This document shows positions 12,046 to 25,720 of a DNA stretch of 64,000 nt, in pieces. Origin of the DNA: Antechinus flavipes (lineage: Eukaryota); NCBI RefSeq assembly GCF_016432865.1, contig NC_067401.1, forward strand, positions 372,558,001 to 372,622,000. The letters are read 5' to 3'. Each line of letters starts with the position of its first letter. The stretch's first letter is position 1. The notes beneath the pieces were generated by a model. The model was given only the letters and a program-made list of their open reading frames with translations, was not told where the DNA came from and did no database searches. The translations under genes and the position numbers were made by a program.

Positions 12046-13399
12046 GTGGGAGAGTGCCTGCCAGTCCAGAGATAGACTTCCCCCTGCTCCTCATCCCTTC
12101 CCACTAGTCTAGCCTTGTTGAATGTCATGACCATCAGATAGGACATACCTGCTGTGTTGCTGAATGGACATGTTTTACAGGTCTTTGCAGGCAAAGAATT
12201 TCAAAGGACTTTAGTCAAGTAGATGTCAGTTAATTAAGCCACATACCCCACAGGGTGGATTGCAAACAATTTAACTATTGAAGTACTGAGTTCATAAACA
12301 GATGAAATGAAGTTGCAAGAGTTGCCAGGTACAACCCTCTGGATACACTAAAGCTCTGCTTTCAACAGTTTGGTCAGAGTGATTAGAAAAGGCAACCATA
12401 GAGCAGAAAAGAGGAGGACATCAGTGAAAGATTATCATGTTGGTCTCTACCTTTGAACTCCGGAGAATAAACTAGAGATCTCCCTTTCAGGCACATCTCT
12501 GTGTGTGCTCAAGGTCACATGGCTTGTGAATTTGGCAACTCATAACGTCACTTGCAGGGAGCATGTGTGCCCTCCATCAGAACTCCATAGGACCACTGGC
12601 TTTAGAGCTGAAAAGGACCTGAGAGATCAAGACTTGTACACGATCACAGAATCTCCACATTGGAAAGGACCTCAGAGGCCACCCACTCCAACCCATTCCT
12701 GAACAAGAATCCCCTTTATAATACGCCTGACAAGTTTTCATCCAGCCTTTGCTTGAAGGCCTCAAGTGAGGGGGAGCCCTCCTATGGCTTGAGGGAACCT
12801 GTTCCACATTTCTATCCTTCTAATGATTAGAAAGATTTTTCTTAGGTGGAGCTCAAATTCGCCCTTTTCAATTCAGGTCACTTTCTACCGCTGCCTTACT
12901 TTGCAGTAAGAGGAGAAAAATGGGGTCCACAAATAAAATACGATTTCCTCAAGACCCAAGACTAGCAGAACCAGGACTAGAACTCAGTAGTCCTATTTTC
13001 CAGTTTGAGGTACATTCCCCAAGCTCGTTTACTTTTCATGAAGAGTTCATTAAGAGTTTGTCCAATGTGTGATGACTTCACAAAAAACCTGTTAATTTAC
13101 ATTCATTATTTAATAAGCATTTGCTAATCAATCAATAGGCACTTATTAATCACTTGTGATTAGCTACTATGTTACTAGGTGCTGTTAGTTCTTCTGTGTG
13201 AATTACATTATGCTGTTTCTTCTCTTTCATTTGGGAAGGAGGCAGAAAGGGCTTAGGTTAGATATGTAGAAGAGATTAATGACAGATGATGTTATAAATA
13301 AATTAGAACTTTGTTGTAATGTTCCCAATTGTGTGGATTCAGTCATATTATAGGTCAAATCATTCACTGCATATGGAAAATATGACAGAATGTAAGGTA

Positions 13400-13640
13400 G
13401 CTGGGTGGCATAGTAGGTAGAATGCGGATCTGGAATCAGAAAGCTTATTCTTTCTAAGTTCAAATCTGGCTCCAGATGCTTACTAGCAATGTGAACCTGG
13501 ACAAATCACTTAATTCAGTTTTTTTTTTTCATATGTAATATGAGCTAAAGAAGGAAATGGCAAACTACTTCAGTATTTCTGCCAAGAAAATCCCAAATGG
13601 AATCATGAAGAATCAGATGAAATGACTGAATAATAAAAAT
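13400..13640 (+). mobile_element. Mar1-type CORE-SINE
   Basis: Head gtagctgggtggcatagtaggtagaatgc, core and tail gaaggaaatggcaaactac...cccaaatgg. Confidence 0.8.
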
Positions 13641-13865
13641 AATAGAATATGTGGGTATTAGATTTATTATTTAATAATAATAATAACTAACATTTCTATA
13701 AGACTTGAAGATTTGCAAAGTGTTTCCCAAATATTATCTCATCCTCACAACAACACTGGGAAACATTGTGACTGTTGTGGAAGATGTTAGGTTGGCCTTA
13801 AGGGAAGTGCTATTATTATCCAAATGAGGAAACTGAGGTAAAGAGCAGTTAGATTATTTACCCTT

Positions 13866-14090
13866 TATTGTTTGGTTCTGGAAGAGGACCATGACATCAG
13901 GGAAGTGATGCTATGACATCACAAGTGAATTAGATTCAAGTGAGGGAGGGCTGTGCAAGTCACTCACTTACTTTCCCCTCCAGAGCTATCTGGGTCCAGG
14001 GGCAAGATATCAATTAAGATGACTGCAGATGATTCTGGATGAAATTTTTTAAAGCTAAGATCTTCAACAGGTCTCAGTTTGACTGAGGCT
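13866..14090 (+). mobile_element. Marsupial MdoRep1-like dispersed repeat inserted within a MIR
   Basis: gaagaggaccatgacatcagggaagtgatgctatgacatc...gtgagggagggctgtgcaag matches my recollection of this marsupial repeat; the family name is not verified. Confidence 0.55.
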
Positions 14091-15764
14091 GCCCAGGATC
14101 ATCCAACTAGTGGATATTTGAGGCTAAATTTGAATTCCCATCTTTATGACTCTGGCAATTCAAATTCAGCCTCAGACATCTGCTATAGTTGACCCTAAGC
14201 AAGTCACACATAAATTATGTTTCCCTTAGTTTCCTGAACTGCAAAATGGAGATATTAATACAGTTTCCTCTCAGGTTTGTGATGAGAATCAATGAGTAAC
14301 TATTTGTAAAAAGCACTTTGCATAGTGCCTAGAACATATTAGGCACTATATAATACTCTTGGGCTCTTGTGTGAGGCTAGGTAATTTGCTTAGAATCCTA
14401 TAGTCATCAGCAGGACTTCAACCTTAGTCATCCTGGTTCTGAAGCTAATCCTCTGTCCACCACACCACAATCCCATAATATAGTTAGACTAAGGAAAGGG
14501 GGATGTGTGTAAATACTGTCTCTAGATAAAACCACAAAATAGGCAAATAAAGGTTCTAGCACCTAATCTCTTTGTTTCCTAGTTAGGGACACTCCAAACC
14601 AAGATGCAATTTCCTCATGGCATCACATCCATTGATCTCCACTGACAGAAGGCAGTTAGGTGCTATTATAGTTAGAGTTCTAATCATGGAGTCAGGAAGA
14701 TCCGAATTCAAATGCAGCCTCAGATACTTCCTAGCTGGATGAATCTGGCTAATTCATTTAATCTCTGTCTCAAATCATCAAATGAAAATGGAGATAAAAA
14801 TAGCACCTACTTTCCAGAGTCATTAATCATCAATATTCGTAATTTGTAATATTTGTAAAGCTCTTAATATAGTTCCTGACACATAGTAGGCATTTAATAA
14901 ATGCTTGTTCCTTCCTCTCCACCATTGAAGGGTTCTGTGTCAATTTATCAGTGCTTTCTAGTCATATCTTTTTTAAAATAATATTTTATTTTTCCAAATG
15001 TATATAGATGGTTTTCAACATTCATTTTTGTAAAATTTAGTGTTCCAAATTTTTCTCTCTCCCTTATCTCCCTACTCCTGAAAACAGCAAGCAATATGAT
15101 ATAGGTTAAATATGTGCAATTCTTTTAAACATATCTCCATATTTGTTAGGTTGTGCACAAAAAAAATCAAAAGGGAAAAAACACAAAAAAAGAAAAATAA
15201 CACAAACAAATGAAGAACAACAATAATAAAAGGGGAAAATATTATGTTTCAATCCATATTCAGTCTACATAGTTCTCTCTCTGGATGCTGATGGCATTTT
15301 CCATCCCAAGTCTATTGGAACTGCTTTGAATCACTGCTTTGTTTGTTATTCATAACTTTTTCTATTTTTTTTTCTGCTAATTTCCTTCACCTTCCTTTTC
15401 CTCCCCCTCCTCAATTCTCTCTCCTCCTTCCCTCACTGTCTACAATCACCAACAACACAGGGTTTAGTGGTTTGAGTCTCTTTAAGTAGTAGATTATAAA
15501 ATGAAAGCAAAGGTAGTTCAACAACTGTCCCTCTGTATTGATTCACTGATGTATTAAAGAATTGTTTCTAGAAGGTCACCACATTAGTACAATGACTAGG
15601 GGAAACAATGGGCCAGTAGCACATGAATCTGCATTTGTTCCTCCATTACTGACATTCAAGGTTGAGTGTAGCTGGGGATTTAAAAAGGAAGAACCGTGGC
15701 TGTTGCTGGGGATATTAGACTGGCCTTAATCTTGCTGTCTTTAAGCAGATTTTGTTGCTTGCAG

Positions 15765-15782
15765 AAAATGGTTCAGATCCAG
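15765..15782 (+). other. Candidate 18-nt microexon AAAATGGTTCAGATCCAG
   Basis: Acceptor ttttgttgcttgcag, consensus donor CAG|GTAAGT, length divisible by 3. Confidence 0.35.
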
Positions 15783-17057
15783 GTAAGTCTCTGGACTTAC
15801 CTCAGGAAGGTCATGATCCTATTGCCTGGGCTTCTCAGAAACCCTTCCTGTTGGAGTTGTAACTCTGTGTGATTTCCTCATTGTTCTGACCCAGCAGAAG
15901 CTTTATAACATGCTTAGCCCAGTACCTGACAGGTACTGGGTAGGTGCTTAATAAATGTTTGTTCCCCTGCCCAGAAGGAAAGTAGCTCAAAGAGTAATGT
16001 GTGGGCATTAGGTATTTGCATTGTGATGTGGTTTTGTTTGCTACATCTCCTAGTGGTGAGGCATCAGATTTCCTGCACAAATACACCAATAATCATTAAA
16101 CCATGTAAATGTAGTCTATCTTTATTTTTAGTGAAGAAACCAATAAACATTTTAGGTATTCTACTGTATTTCTATAAGCAAAAAATATTAAAATAGCCTC
16201 TGCTCTCAATAAGTTTACATTCCATTGAGGAATATGAATAGACATACACATATGTAAATATGAGGTAATTTTTGGAGGAAGGACATTAGCAATTAAGGAG
16301 ATTATGAAAGATCTCACCTAGAACGTATCCTTCAGGGTGCACTGTAAAAGGGATTCCTTGAGTGAAGAAGTGTCAGCCCTTCTTAAGCTTGCATCACAAA
16401 CACTAGCCTTAAAAAGAGCTTTAGGAGCTATCAATGTCACCTCTATGATAGGTAAGGTTCTAGTAAGGCTAATACACATAAGATTTTCTAAGGGCACTCC
16501 CTACCTTATGAATCTTTGCTTCTGTGGTTTAAATAGCATGGATCTTCTATGCTCCTAAGGTATTTTGAGCAGAGGAAACCTTATGTAAAAGAAATCCCTG
16601 TACTTGGAATCTAAGTCTCCAAACTTGGATTCAGAAGAACAAGGCTTGGGTCACTGTGGTTTATAACAAGTTCCTTAAAAAGTCCCTCTCTGAGTCTCAC
16701 TAACTTATCATCCTTAAAATTAGCATAATAATAATGACATTATTGAAAATCCTGGGTTGCTGAGAGACTCAAATGGGATAATGTGTTTGAAAATGCTATT
16801 TATGTATAGAAAGGATCTGGAATTTCTTCAGTGTAGGAATTCCTTTCACTAACCCAGATGGCAATCAACCCACATGGATTGGCAACCATCTAAAACACCC
16901 AAGTCTGGGGGAGGGAAAGTGGTTTGCCTGTGGTTACATAGCTAGTAAGTTGACCAAAGTAAGATCTGAATTCAGATCTTCCTGAAGTCCACTATTCCAC
17001 ACTTATTTTGCTATATAAAGATATTTAACATAAGTATTTATTAAGTCCTACTATGGG

Positions 17058-17590
17058 AAGAGAGGAGGAAAGAAAGAGAGGAAAAAAGGAAAGAAGAGAA
17101 AATGGGAATTGGAAAAATAGCATAAAGGAAGGAAGAAGGAAAGGAAAAAAAATGAAGGAAGGAAAGAAAGAAAAGAGAAAAGGAAGAGGGAAGAAAGAAA
17201 TGTAAGAATGAAGGAAAGGGAGGGACAAGGAAGGAAAGAAGGAAGGAAGGAAGGAATGAAGGAGGAAAGAAATACTGGTAGGAAGATAAAGAGGGAAAGA
17301 AACAAGGGGAGGGGGGAAGAAAAGGAAAGAGGGAAGAAAGGAGGAAGAGAAAGAAGGAAGAAGAGGAGCAGGAAAGAGTAAAAGAACAGAAAGGTGGAGA
17401 AGGAAGGGAGGAAGGAGTAAAGAAAGGAAGAAAGGAAAGAAAAGGAGGAAAGAGGCAAGGAATAGGGGGAATAAGGGAGGAGAGAAAGAGGAAAGAAAAG
17501 GAAGAAGAAAAAGAAGGGAAGGAAGGAGAATAAAAGGAAGGGAAGGAAAAGGAAGAATGAAGAAAGGAACTGAGAGAGAGAGGAAGAGAA
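17058..17590. repeat. ~530-bp polypurine (GAA/GGAA/GAAA) low-complexity tract
   Basis: Almost entirely A/G on the + strand; it generates three spurious F/L/S/P-rich ORFs on the - strand. Confidence 0.97.
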
Positions 17591-18404
17591 CATCTATTAA
17601 ATTTGTCAGCCACTGGCATTTAATAAATGCTTGTTGATTTATTTTCTCCTCCACAGAGACATAAAATTTCTGAATGGTGATGACCATAGTATCATTCATT
17701 CAAAAAATTGGAAGGAATCTTAGAAATAATGTAATCTAACTTCTCATACAATATGTGAATCTTTTCTATAGTGCTCTTGGCAACAGGTTGGTGCTGGGGT
17801 CATTTGAAGATTCATAGAATTTTATTGCTAGAAGAGAACTTAACAATCTTTTGGTTTTATCTATTCAGATGAGGTAAATGAATTTCTTGAGCCAGATCAT
17901 ATGCTTTGAAATGGGACAATACAAGCTTCCTCAGTTCTTAGACAGTTCTCTTATTCACTACACAATTCTGTCTCTGTGGTATTCATGGTTTCCTTCTTTG
18001 ATTTGGCTCTTTGAGAAAACTAGAAAGAAGCTTGCAGTAGAAGAATCTGAGTGCTAATAAGAATAAATAATACAGGGGCATACGAGGTATAACTATAAAG
18101 CAATACATTATTTTGAGATGAATATGAGAGAATTTAGCTACCTAGTGAGTCTTGTCCTTTAGAGCCCTTAGGAGACTGCATACATTCTAATGATGTTGCC
18201 ATTATTCTAAGCATTTTTGGGACTCCTCTTTGGAAACTGCCTTCAAAGCCAATCTGTAGGCCACATATGAAAATTGATCTCATTACTTCTTGATCACAAC
18301 TTGTCATTGATCACAAACTGTGTTCTCCAGCTTGATCATTCACCTTATTTACCAAACTTAGCATCAAATGACTTTTAACTGTCAATAAAAACTAAATAGA
18401 GTAG

Positions 18405-18610
18405 ATGAGTGGCACAGTGGGTAGAGTAACAAGCTTCTAGTCAAGAAGAGTCATTTTCAGGAGTTCAAATCTGGCCTCAGACACTTACTAGATGTGTGAC
18501 ACTGGGCAATTCACTTCACCCTGTTTACCTCTGTTTCTTCATGTGTAAGATGAGTTAGAGAAGGAAATGGTAACTACTGCACTATCTTTGCCAAGAAAAT
18601 CCCAAATCAG
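18405..18610 (+). mobile_element. Mar1-type CORE-SINE
   Basis: Head agtggcacagtgggtagag, core aaatctggcctcagacacttactag, tail gaaggaaatgg...ccaagaaaatcccaaat. Confidence 0.8.
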
Positions 18611-18936
18611 AATTCTTCATTCAAGCTTTGTATATTATGGGAACTGAGGTAATTACATCAACATATAGGAACATGTGGAATACTTTACTATCTGTAGGGA
18701 ATGATGGAGAGATCCCTCCTGGAAAAAAATTCAGGAAACATGGAAAAGAACTTAGTAGGAGAAGAAGGCTTGTAGTGGTTGCAATTTGCCTCACTGGATG
18801 GATACCACATATATTCTCTATTTCTGTCCAAAAACATGATTTCATCAATACTGAAATGAAGAATGACTGAATAACAACTAAAAAATCTAAGTAGGTCCTC
18901 AAAAAGTAAAGATTTATCATCATTAATTACATTTAA

Positions 18937-19056
18937 AAGAATGTGCCATAGGCTTTGAAGGCATCTTTCAAAGAGGCATTCCAGAGGTGTCTGGAATAAT
19001 CATGACATCATTAGAATAAACATATAATCTCCCAAGGGAATTGCTTTGAAGAAGAA
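18937..19056 (+). mobile_element. Decayed mariner/Tc1 transposase C-terminal remnant
   Basis: Reads KNVP*ALKASFKEAFQRCLE*S*HH*NKHIISQGNCFEEE, like the mariner C-terminus (...FQKCFEQW.H.WNKCI.SQG.YFEGD), with four stops. Confidence 0.65.
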
Positions 19057-21037
19057 TCAAATGAAATATAAGTGTATTTCTCAACAAAACATATGTTGTT
19101 TTATCCTCACATTCTATAGATAGATAGATATCTATACATATATCTCTCTATCTATATGTTGAGTTACCTTCCATTTTAAAATGACAATTTTTTATTTGAT
19201 TATGAGAAAGTAGAATTTTAAAATTAGAAGAGAACTCAGTTTATAGGAAGTTTGGAAGGGGGTTATTCCCATAAAATACCTGTAACAAGAAGGTGGGGGA
19301 CTAAAAATGTGAAGGTTATGAAAAAACTAAAAAAGATCTTATTCTATTTTGTTGTTCCCCCTTTCTTGAAAATACCAACAAAAGGATTTTTCCTTGTCTC
19401 TCAATCCTAAGAATATGGCTCATTTAGAACAAACATAACTGGTTGTTCAGGTATTAGATATGATAGTTTTGAATCACTCTAAGGATTGTGCCTGAATTAA
19501 AGGAAAGGTCACATAAGAGGAAATAAAAGAATCTGTTCAGAGATCAAATGAAGCATTTGTATAGAATCTTATTCAAAATGGATACAAATGCATCAATTCT
19601 TCAGAATTATAGGTGAATCAAAGGAAAATTACATCTAAGAAGATAAAGCCACCAACCAGCAGTCTAACTGTGTATAAGGCAGGATGCATCTTTGAAGAAT
19701 CCTGTCTGGGCTGCCAAAAAGCCAGATGTTGCAGGTGGAATTATATCTTCTTCAGCTTAGCATCTGGATCATATAAGTGTTCCATAGAAAATGAAGAGGT
19801 GTAGAAGAAAGTGGTGAAAATGACCATTTGAAAATGCATTTTCGAAAATCTACTGTCTTTGAAGGATACAGAGCAAATTTACTTTTTATTAAGACCAAGT
19901 TCAATATCATTTTTATTATTGGTGGTAGATATGAAGAATGTTTTTTTAAACTCTAGAGCAGAGAGTATCCATATATTTTCTTCTGAAGAGTTTTCAATAG
20001 AATTTCCAAGTTTCAACATTTTTCTCTTCTTCTTATACAATAGCAAGTATAAGTATAAATCTTTAGTAATGTGAGCCATCAATGAATGGATTAATAATAA
20101 TAATAATATTGATGATGATGATAATAAGGATGATAATGGTGAACTTCATTCTTTTAATTCTATAAATAGGTAGAAGACTTTCTTGCCTGGGTAAATTTCA
20201 TCCTAATCTACATTTCTTAGGTTGTTTATTATTCCTTTTATTTGTTTGTTTATTATTCTTATCATAAACATGATAAGATGGACTATAGATTTTAAATTGC
20301 AAAATATTTGCAAACCTGCACTGATAGAAGCAGCTTCTTTATCAAAACCTTGATTTTGAAGAAATCGTGTTTTACAGGAATGGAAAATTCACAGGGTAAT
20401 TTATTGTTTTTGAGATTGTGGCTACTCCATCTAGTGAGGCAGATTGCAATCTATCCAGGACTTTTTGTCCATGCATTTTTTTCTCATGTCTTCCAAATTT
20501 TTTTTCCCATAAGGGATCTTTATATCATTTCTTATGTATAGTGAAGTACTCCAAAAATTTGCTGATATAATTGCATCAGTCCCTATAATACTGCAAAATT
20601 TGACCATATGTTTTTCTATGTTTTTAAAACATTTCATATTTTGGAGGAAGTACTCTGGATAGCACAGACTACTCATGAATCATTCCCATTATGACTGGAC
20701 CACCCCCTTTTCAGATCACATATTTCCTTGATAATATCTTTTACTTTCTTTTGTTAATACTTTTCACACAGTATTTCCTGTAAAAAAAACAAGGCATTGA
20801 TGATAATATATTGAATTCATTGGCACCCACTGCGGGTTCCCCCATTGCCCTTTTGGTCACCCACACAATTCTGATTCTTTGGAAAGTGCAATGTTCCATG
20901 ATTTTTTAGCCAACTAGCATCACTGATAGAATCTGGGGTTGCTGAAAATGGGTTTTCATTACAGAGAATTGTATATTATCATTGAAAATACACATTTTTT
21001 TAGTTTTCTTTTCCCCTGACTCAATTTTTGCCCCCAG

Positions 21038-21065
21038 TCATTGTCCATCTGAAGAACTGTGCAAG
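21038..21065 (+). other. Candidate 28-nt exon
   Basis: Long polypyrimidine tract with ctgac branch-like motif, ...gcccccag| acceptor, AAG|GTATGG donor. Confidence 0.3.
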
Positions 21066-24000
21066 GTATGGCATGTATAGACTAAATCAAGAGACTACTC
21101 TTCCAATTGAATGTTATCCTAATCTAAACAAGTATTTGAGTTTTTACTACATGAATTGATCTTTTTTTTTGAGTGACTTTATCTCACTGAGGAGGCTTCC
21201 TCATGTTCTGTGGGCTGAGATAATCATAATAATGTTATATACAAATAGGAGCCTCTAGAAAACTATACCATCTTTAAGGAATTCTTTTTTCATTTGTATT
21301 CTGGACTAGGTCTCTGACAATGCTCAGGACCTTTGATGAGTACAATCTATAACTATTTTGTAGCTCATATAATTTAATTTCACAAAATAACAATAACAGA
21401 AATTATTTATTTAGTCCTTTAAGATTTAAAAAGAGCTTTTTTATCTCACTGTAGCTTTACAACAACTGTGGGATATAGCTGGTATTATTATTATTCCTCT
21501 CTATCAAATAAGGAAACAGACAATAGAGGCTTTGTGTCTTGACCAGGTTCATACAGCTAGTAAATATATCTGGATTTTAACTCATCTTAATTCTAGATCA
21601 GCACTCCGTCTACTACACCACCTAGTTCTCTGTGTTCATCAATCTTGTCTCTATGGTTAAGTCTGTCAAAGAATCTTAAGTGATCATAATATGCATGAAG
21701 GATCCTTGGATGAAAGTCTTTAAGACTATGCTTTTTCTTACTGAGTCAAATGCAATTTTGTGACCATTGCAATAAACATGGTATGACTTGTACTCTCTAC
21801 ATTTTTTAGTCAATTGTGGGATTGCAAATATGGGGTCTGTGGTAGAATGAAATCTGCAAAAACTTTTTCATTCCTTTTGCACATCATTCACATTTATCCC
21901 TTTCATTTTATTCAAGTTTTACTCCAAGTCTGAACTTCCTCTACAACATTCCCAACAATTCATCATCCAATGTTTTCTTGAAGACTCTTGTGGGTAAGAA
22001 CCCATTATCTCATGAAGCATTTCATTTTGAGATCTTTCCCACAACTTCTAAAAAGAACATGGGATGGTAGCTAGAGAGCATTCTTCAAGCTAGGAAGGTC
22101 TGTCTCTGATATCATTTCACCTTTCAGGCCCTTTTCAAGACTAAAATTACAGTAAAGGAGCTTACTTGGACTGGTAGATAGTTATCTCAAGTAAGAATTT
22201 CATAGACAGATGAAATTATAGGTCCCAATTTCTATCCTTATTCTGCAATTAGGAAACTAACCAAGGGTATAACTGAGATATGTGTTAATGATTTTCCTGA
22301 AGTTTAATACAGAAAAGAAGACAGACTTTGTAAAGGGCTGAAACTCTGAGTTGATATACTGAAGTTGGACAACCAATCACTTAAGGCTAATTATTGATTG
22401 GACAATACTCTATTAGCATATGCTTGGAAAATGGCCCTTCCCACTATTCTGTGTTGGTTCAATCTTTTGGTATATACAGAGAATTGTGGGAAGATTTGGG
22501 GGTGGAATAAGACAAGCCAGAGTCACTTTGGCAATAGACGAGGAAGAAGGAGGTTGTGGAAATCCTGACTTCATCCAATTCATTTCCACCCTAAAGACCA
22601 AGAATAAAGACCAAGGACTTTTGCTTATCCTGACTTTGGCTGATTCTAAGGTATCCTGGGTGCTGACTCAGTCTTCACAGACTTAATGGTCAAGTATATG
22701 CTGATATGTTCTTATTCACATTTTTTGGTGTCATCTCTTTGAGAGATCTTGAAATTTTATATCTCAGTGCTTTTTAAAACTGTTGTGTTTCTTCCACAGA
22801 CTTCTTCTGTTTATGTAATAGACATAGACAAGGAAAAATTTCTAAGACTTCATTTCTCATAGTGCTTGAGAAGAAACAACATTGTCCAGTGGGAGAATTT
22901 CCCTGTACTTTATGTCCTAAGAGGATGTAGAGAGAGATCCCTATGAGGTGAGGACTGATTGCTGGGGAGTGTCTTGGAAAGTGGGAGGTTTTAAAACATT
23001 GGAGTGACCAGAGAATGAGTTGGTGGAGTGTGTGCGGGCTTAGTAAGACCACAATTAGCAGAAAAGATGGAAGCAGGGTTGGGTGGGCGAGTCTACCATA
23101 TGTTATCTAATCCCAGGCATGCTGCAAAAACCTGAGTGATCCAGAATCAGCAAGGTAGCATTTGTTTGCACTCAAGAGACTACATCAGACCTCCACAATA
23201 TCTTGGAAAACAAGATAAGAGGAGACTTGGAGCAACTGATTTTCTTCCATCCTGCCTGTTCTGGGGGAGAGGCATCTTATTCATCTCTGTGTTAGTTTTT
23301 AGAGAGTTGATGTTATTAGTGGGTTATTTATTTATGGAAGACAACTGAGAATAGTTCCATTGCTTGATTTCCCATTACTATTTCCTTTACTCTCCTATTT
23401 CAAATATCTTGCCTCATCTAATTTGAGAATCCTATCTTTTTTGTAATATATTATGACCTTGAAAACCATGTTTACATCATTATGATTACCTAAATCATGC
23501 CACATTAAACCTGTAGGTAATGAGGATTCCAAAGTTGATGGGCACCTATGCTGTGTGAAAAAGTGACACATCAGGTGGAGCCCTTCTAAAAGTCACTATA
23601 TTAAAGGCCATTTCCATTTCTTCATGTAGCACATTTAGTCCTAAAGTATCATATTCTTAATGGGATGATTTCACTGTCATTGATGATAATAATAGATCAC
23701 TATAGAAACTTTGACAAATCTATTCTGTTTGGTTTTCATTTGTTGTTTACTTTCCAGTTTCATCTATAAATTCTCTTGAGATGATCTAGCTTAGCTGGGT
23801 CTCATGCCAAACTTTCACCAAGCTCATTTTTCAAATTTAAAAAGATCTAATTATTGCATTAATAACAAATACTTGATTTTGTAAGATTGCATAGTTAAAA
23901 AGAAACTTGATATATATATGTATTTATATCTCTATATTATATACATAGGATAGATAGATAGATAGATATCCCAAGTTCCTTTTTAGAGATGAGAAAAGGG

Positions 24001-24269
24001 TGATTAAATAACTTACATGAAAGGTAGCTATAGGCTATAAGAACTTGAATCCAAGTTTCCTGATTCCTATTCTTCCAGAAGTGAAATGATCAGGGCAGAG
24101 TTCAAAGAGTTGCCAATCTCCCTTCTCCTGATATTATTTCTCTTAATGTAGACAGATATAGAATTGGCGTATTTGATAAGAATGCTACTTTTATCCTTAT
24201 CCAAGAATATAATAAAAAGATAAGAAACATACAGTAAGACAAAAATCTATAGGCCATTCTACTAGATAT

Positions 24270-25330
24270 TTCCTTGATTGACATTATCTATTAATAATTT
24301 CTTTGGGGTATAATCATTCAACAGTGTCTAAACTCACCTAGATAAACTGTTGTCCAAACTAGACTATTTGTTCATTTTTCCATTTTATCCTTGGGGAAGC
24401 AGGAAAGTATTTTAAGTAAACCAATCTCTAATGATAATTCTTTGGAGTATGAAATGAGGTTGGTAATGGATGATCTATTCTTGAAGTAATGACATCTCTT
24501 AATGATCACTATTTTTGTTTCAACATGTTCATAAGTCATCCTTTTAATAATACCTTCTAGAATTTTGCCAGGAATGGAAGTCAAGGTTATTGACTTATAG
24601 GAGAAAGACTCAGTTCTCATCTCTTTTTGAAAATCATGACATTTGTCTGTCTCCATTCAATCCTATGGCACCTCTTCTATTCCTGTAGGATCTTTTAATG
24701 ATCACTGACAGTGTCTCAGCAATCATATTGGCCATTCCTGGAATATAGTTTGTCTGGGACTATTGCCTTGAACTCATCAAGTGTAACTGGATGCTCTCTC
24801 ATTATTTCCTTCCTTGTTCTGTGTTTCAGCTCCCTATTAAATTTTTTAAATATCCTTTTCATTCTAAGGATCATTCTCCTTGGCAGAGAAAAGGGAAGCA
24901 AAGTAAGAATTTAGTAATTGTCCTTTCCTCTCTCTATCATACTTCTTTGATGCTCCTCTTTTACCCAATATAGCTTAAAAAAATCCTTTTCATTGTTCTT
25001 AACATTTATCCCCAGTTTCAGCTCATTCACCCACTGTTACCTGCCCTTCTTTCATCTTCTATTTGTGTTACTTTGAAATCTAAGTTGGTCCATGAGTTCC
25101 CTGCAATCCATACCTGTCTTTTTAGATAGCTTTGCCTTTTCTTCCTCATCAGAATTGTTTCTATCTGTATCTTTAGAACTCTATTCTTGAAAAACTTTCC
25201 ATCCCTTTTTGGTTGATTTCCCCTGTAAAACTTTAGGCTATAATACCCCATCTAACCTTTTTCTGAATGCTTTGAAATCTGCTTTCCTAAAAATCTGAAG
25301 TGTACGTCAATTTATGACCAGCTTTTCTTT
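24270..25330 (-). mobile_element. L3/CR1 LINE ORF2 (reverse transcriptase) fossil
   Basis: Minus-strand translations ITLTSIPGKILEGIIKR..EH and REHPVTLDEFKAIVPDKLY match CR1 RT motifs (SLTSIPGKILEQIIK; LDEFKSPGPDELHP). Confidence 0.85.
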
Positions 25331-25634
25331 TTCTAACACCATTTTTATAGTTCTTTCTTAATTATCTCATCACAATTGCGATGTTATCTTTGGATACTAC
25401 TTTTCCTTGCCTCATTGATTTAGACAACAAAGTATATATAAACAATGATACTTTTTAAATGATTTTTTTCTTCCTCACAGATCATGAAAAACCAAAGATG
25501 AAGGGAATCAATCCATTAGTGAGCATTTATTAAGCACTTAACAATGAGCCAGGCACTGTGCCAAATGCTAGGGATAAAAAGAAAGGCAAAGCCAAATCTT
25601 TTTCTCAAGGAGTTTATAGCCAAATGTAAGAGAC

Positions 25635-25720
25635 TATATATATATATATATATATACATCTAAATCTATATCTATATCTATATCTATATCTATATCTAGA
25701 TAGATAGATAGATAGATAGA
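25635..25720. repeat. Compound microsatellite (TA)n-(TCTATA)n-(GATA)n
   Basis: Seen directly. Confidence 0.95.

Noticed and set aside
11568-12194. 208-aa minus-strand ORF as a gene
   Set aside because: Its 3' part runs into a MIR fragment, no domain is recognisable, and the Ser/Arg-rich composition fits an antisense shadow frame.
17025-17699. Three overlapping 180-224 aa minus-strand ORFs
   Set aside because: They are translations of the polypyrimidine low-complexity strand, which lacks stop codons.
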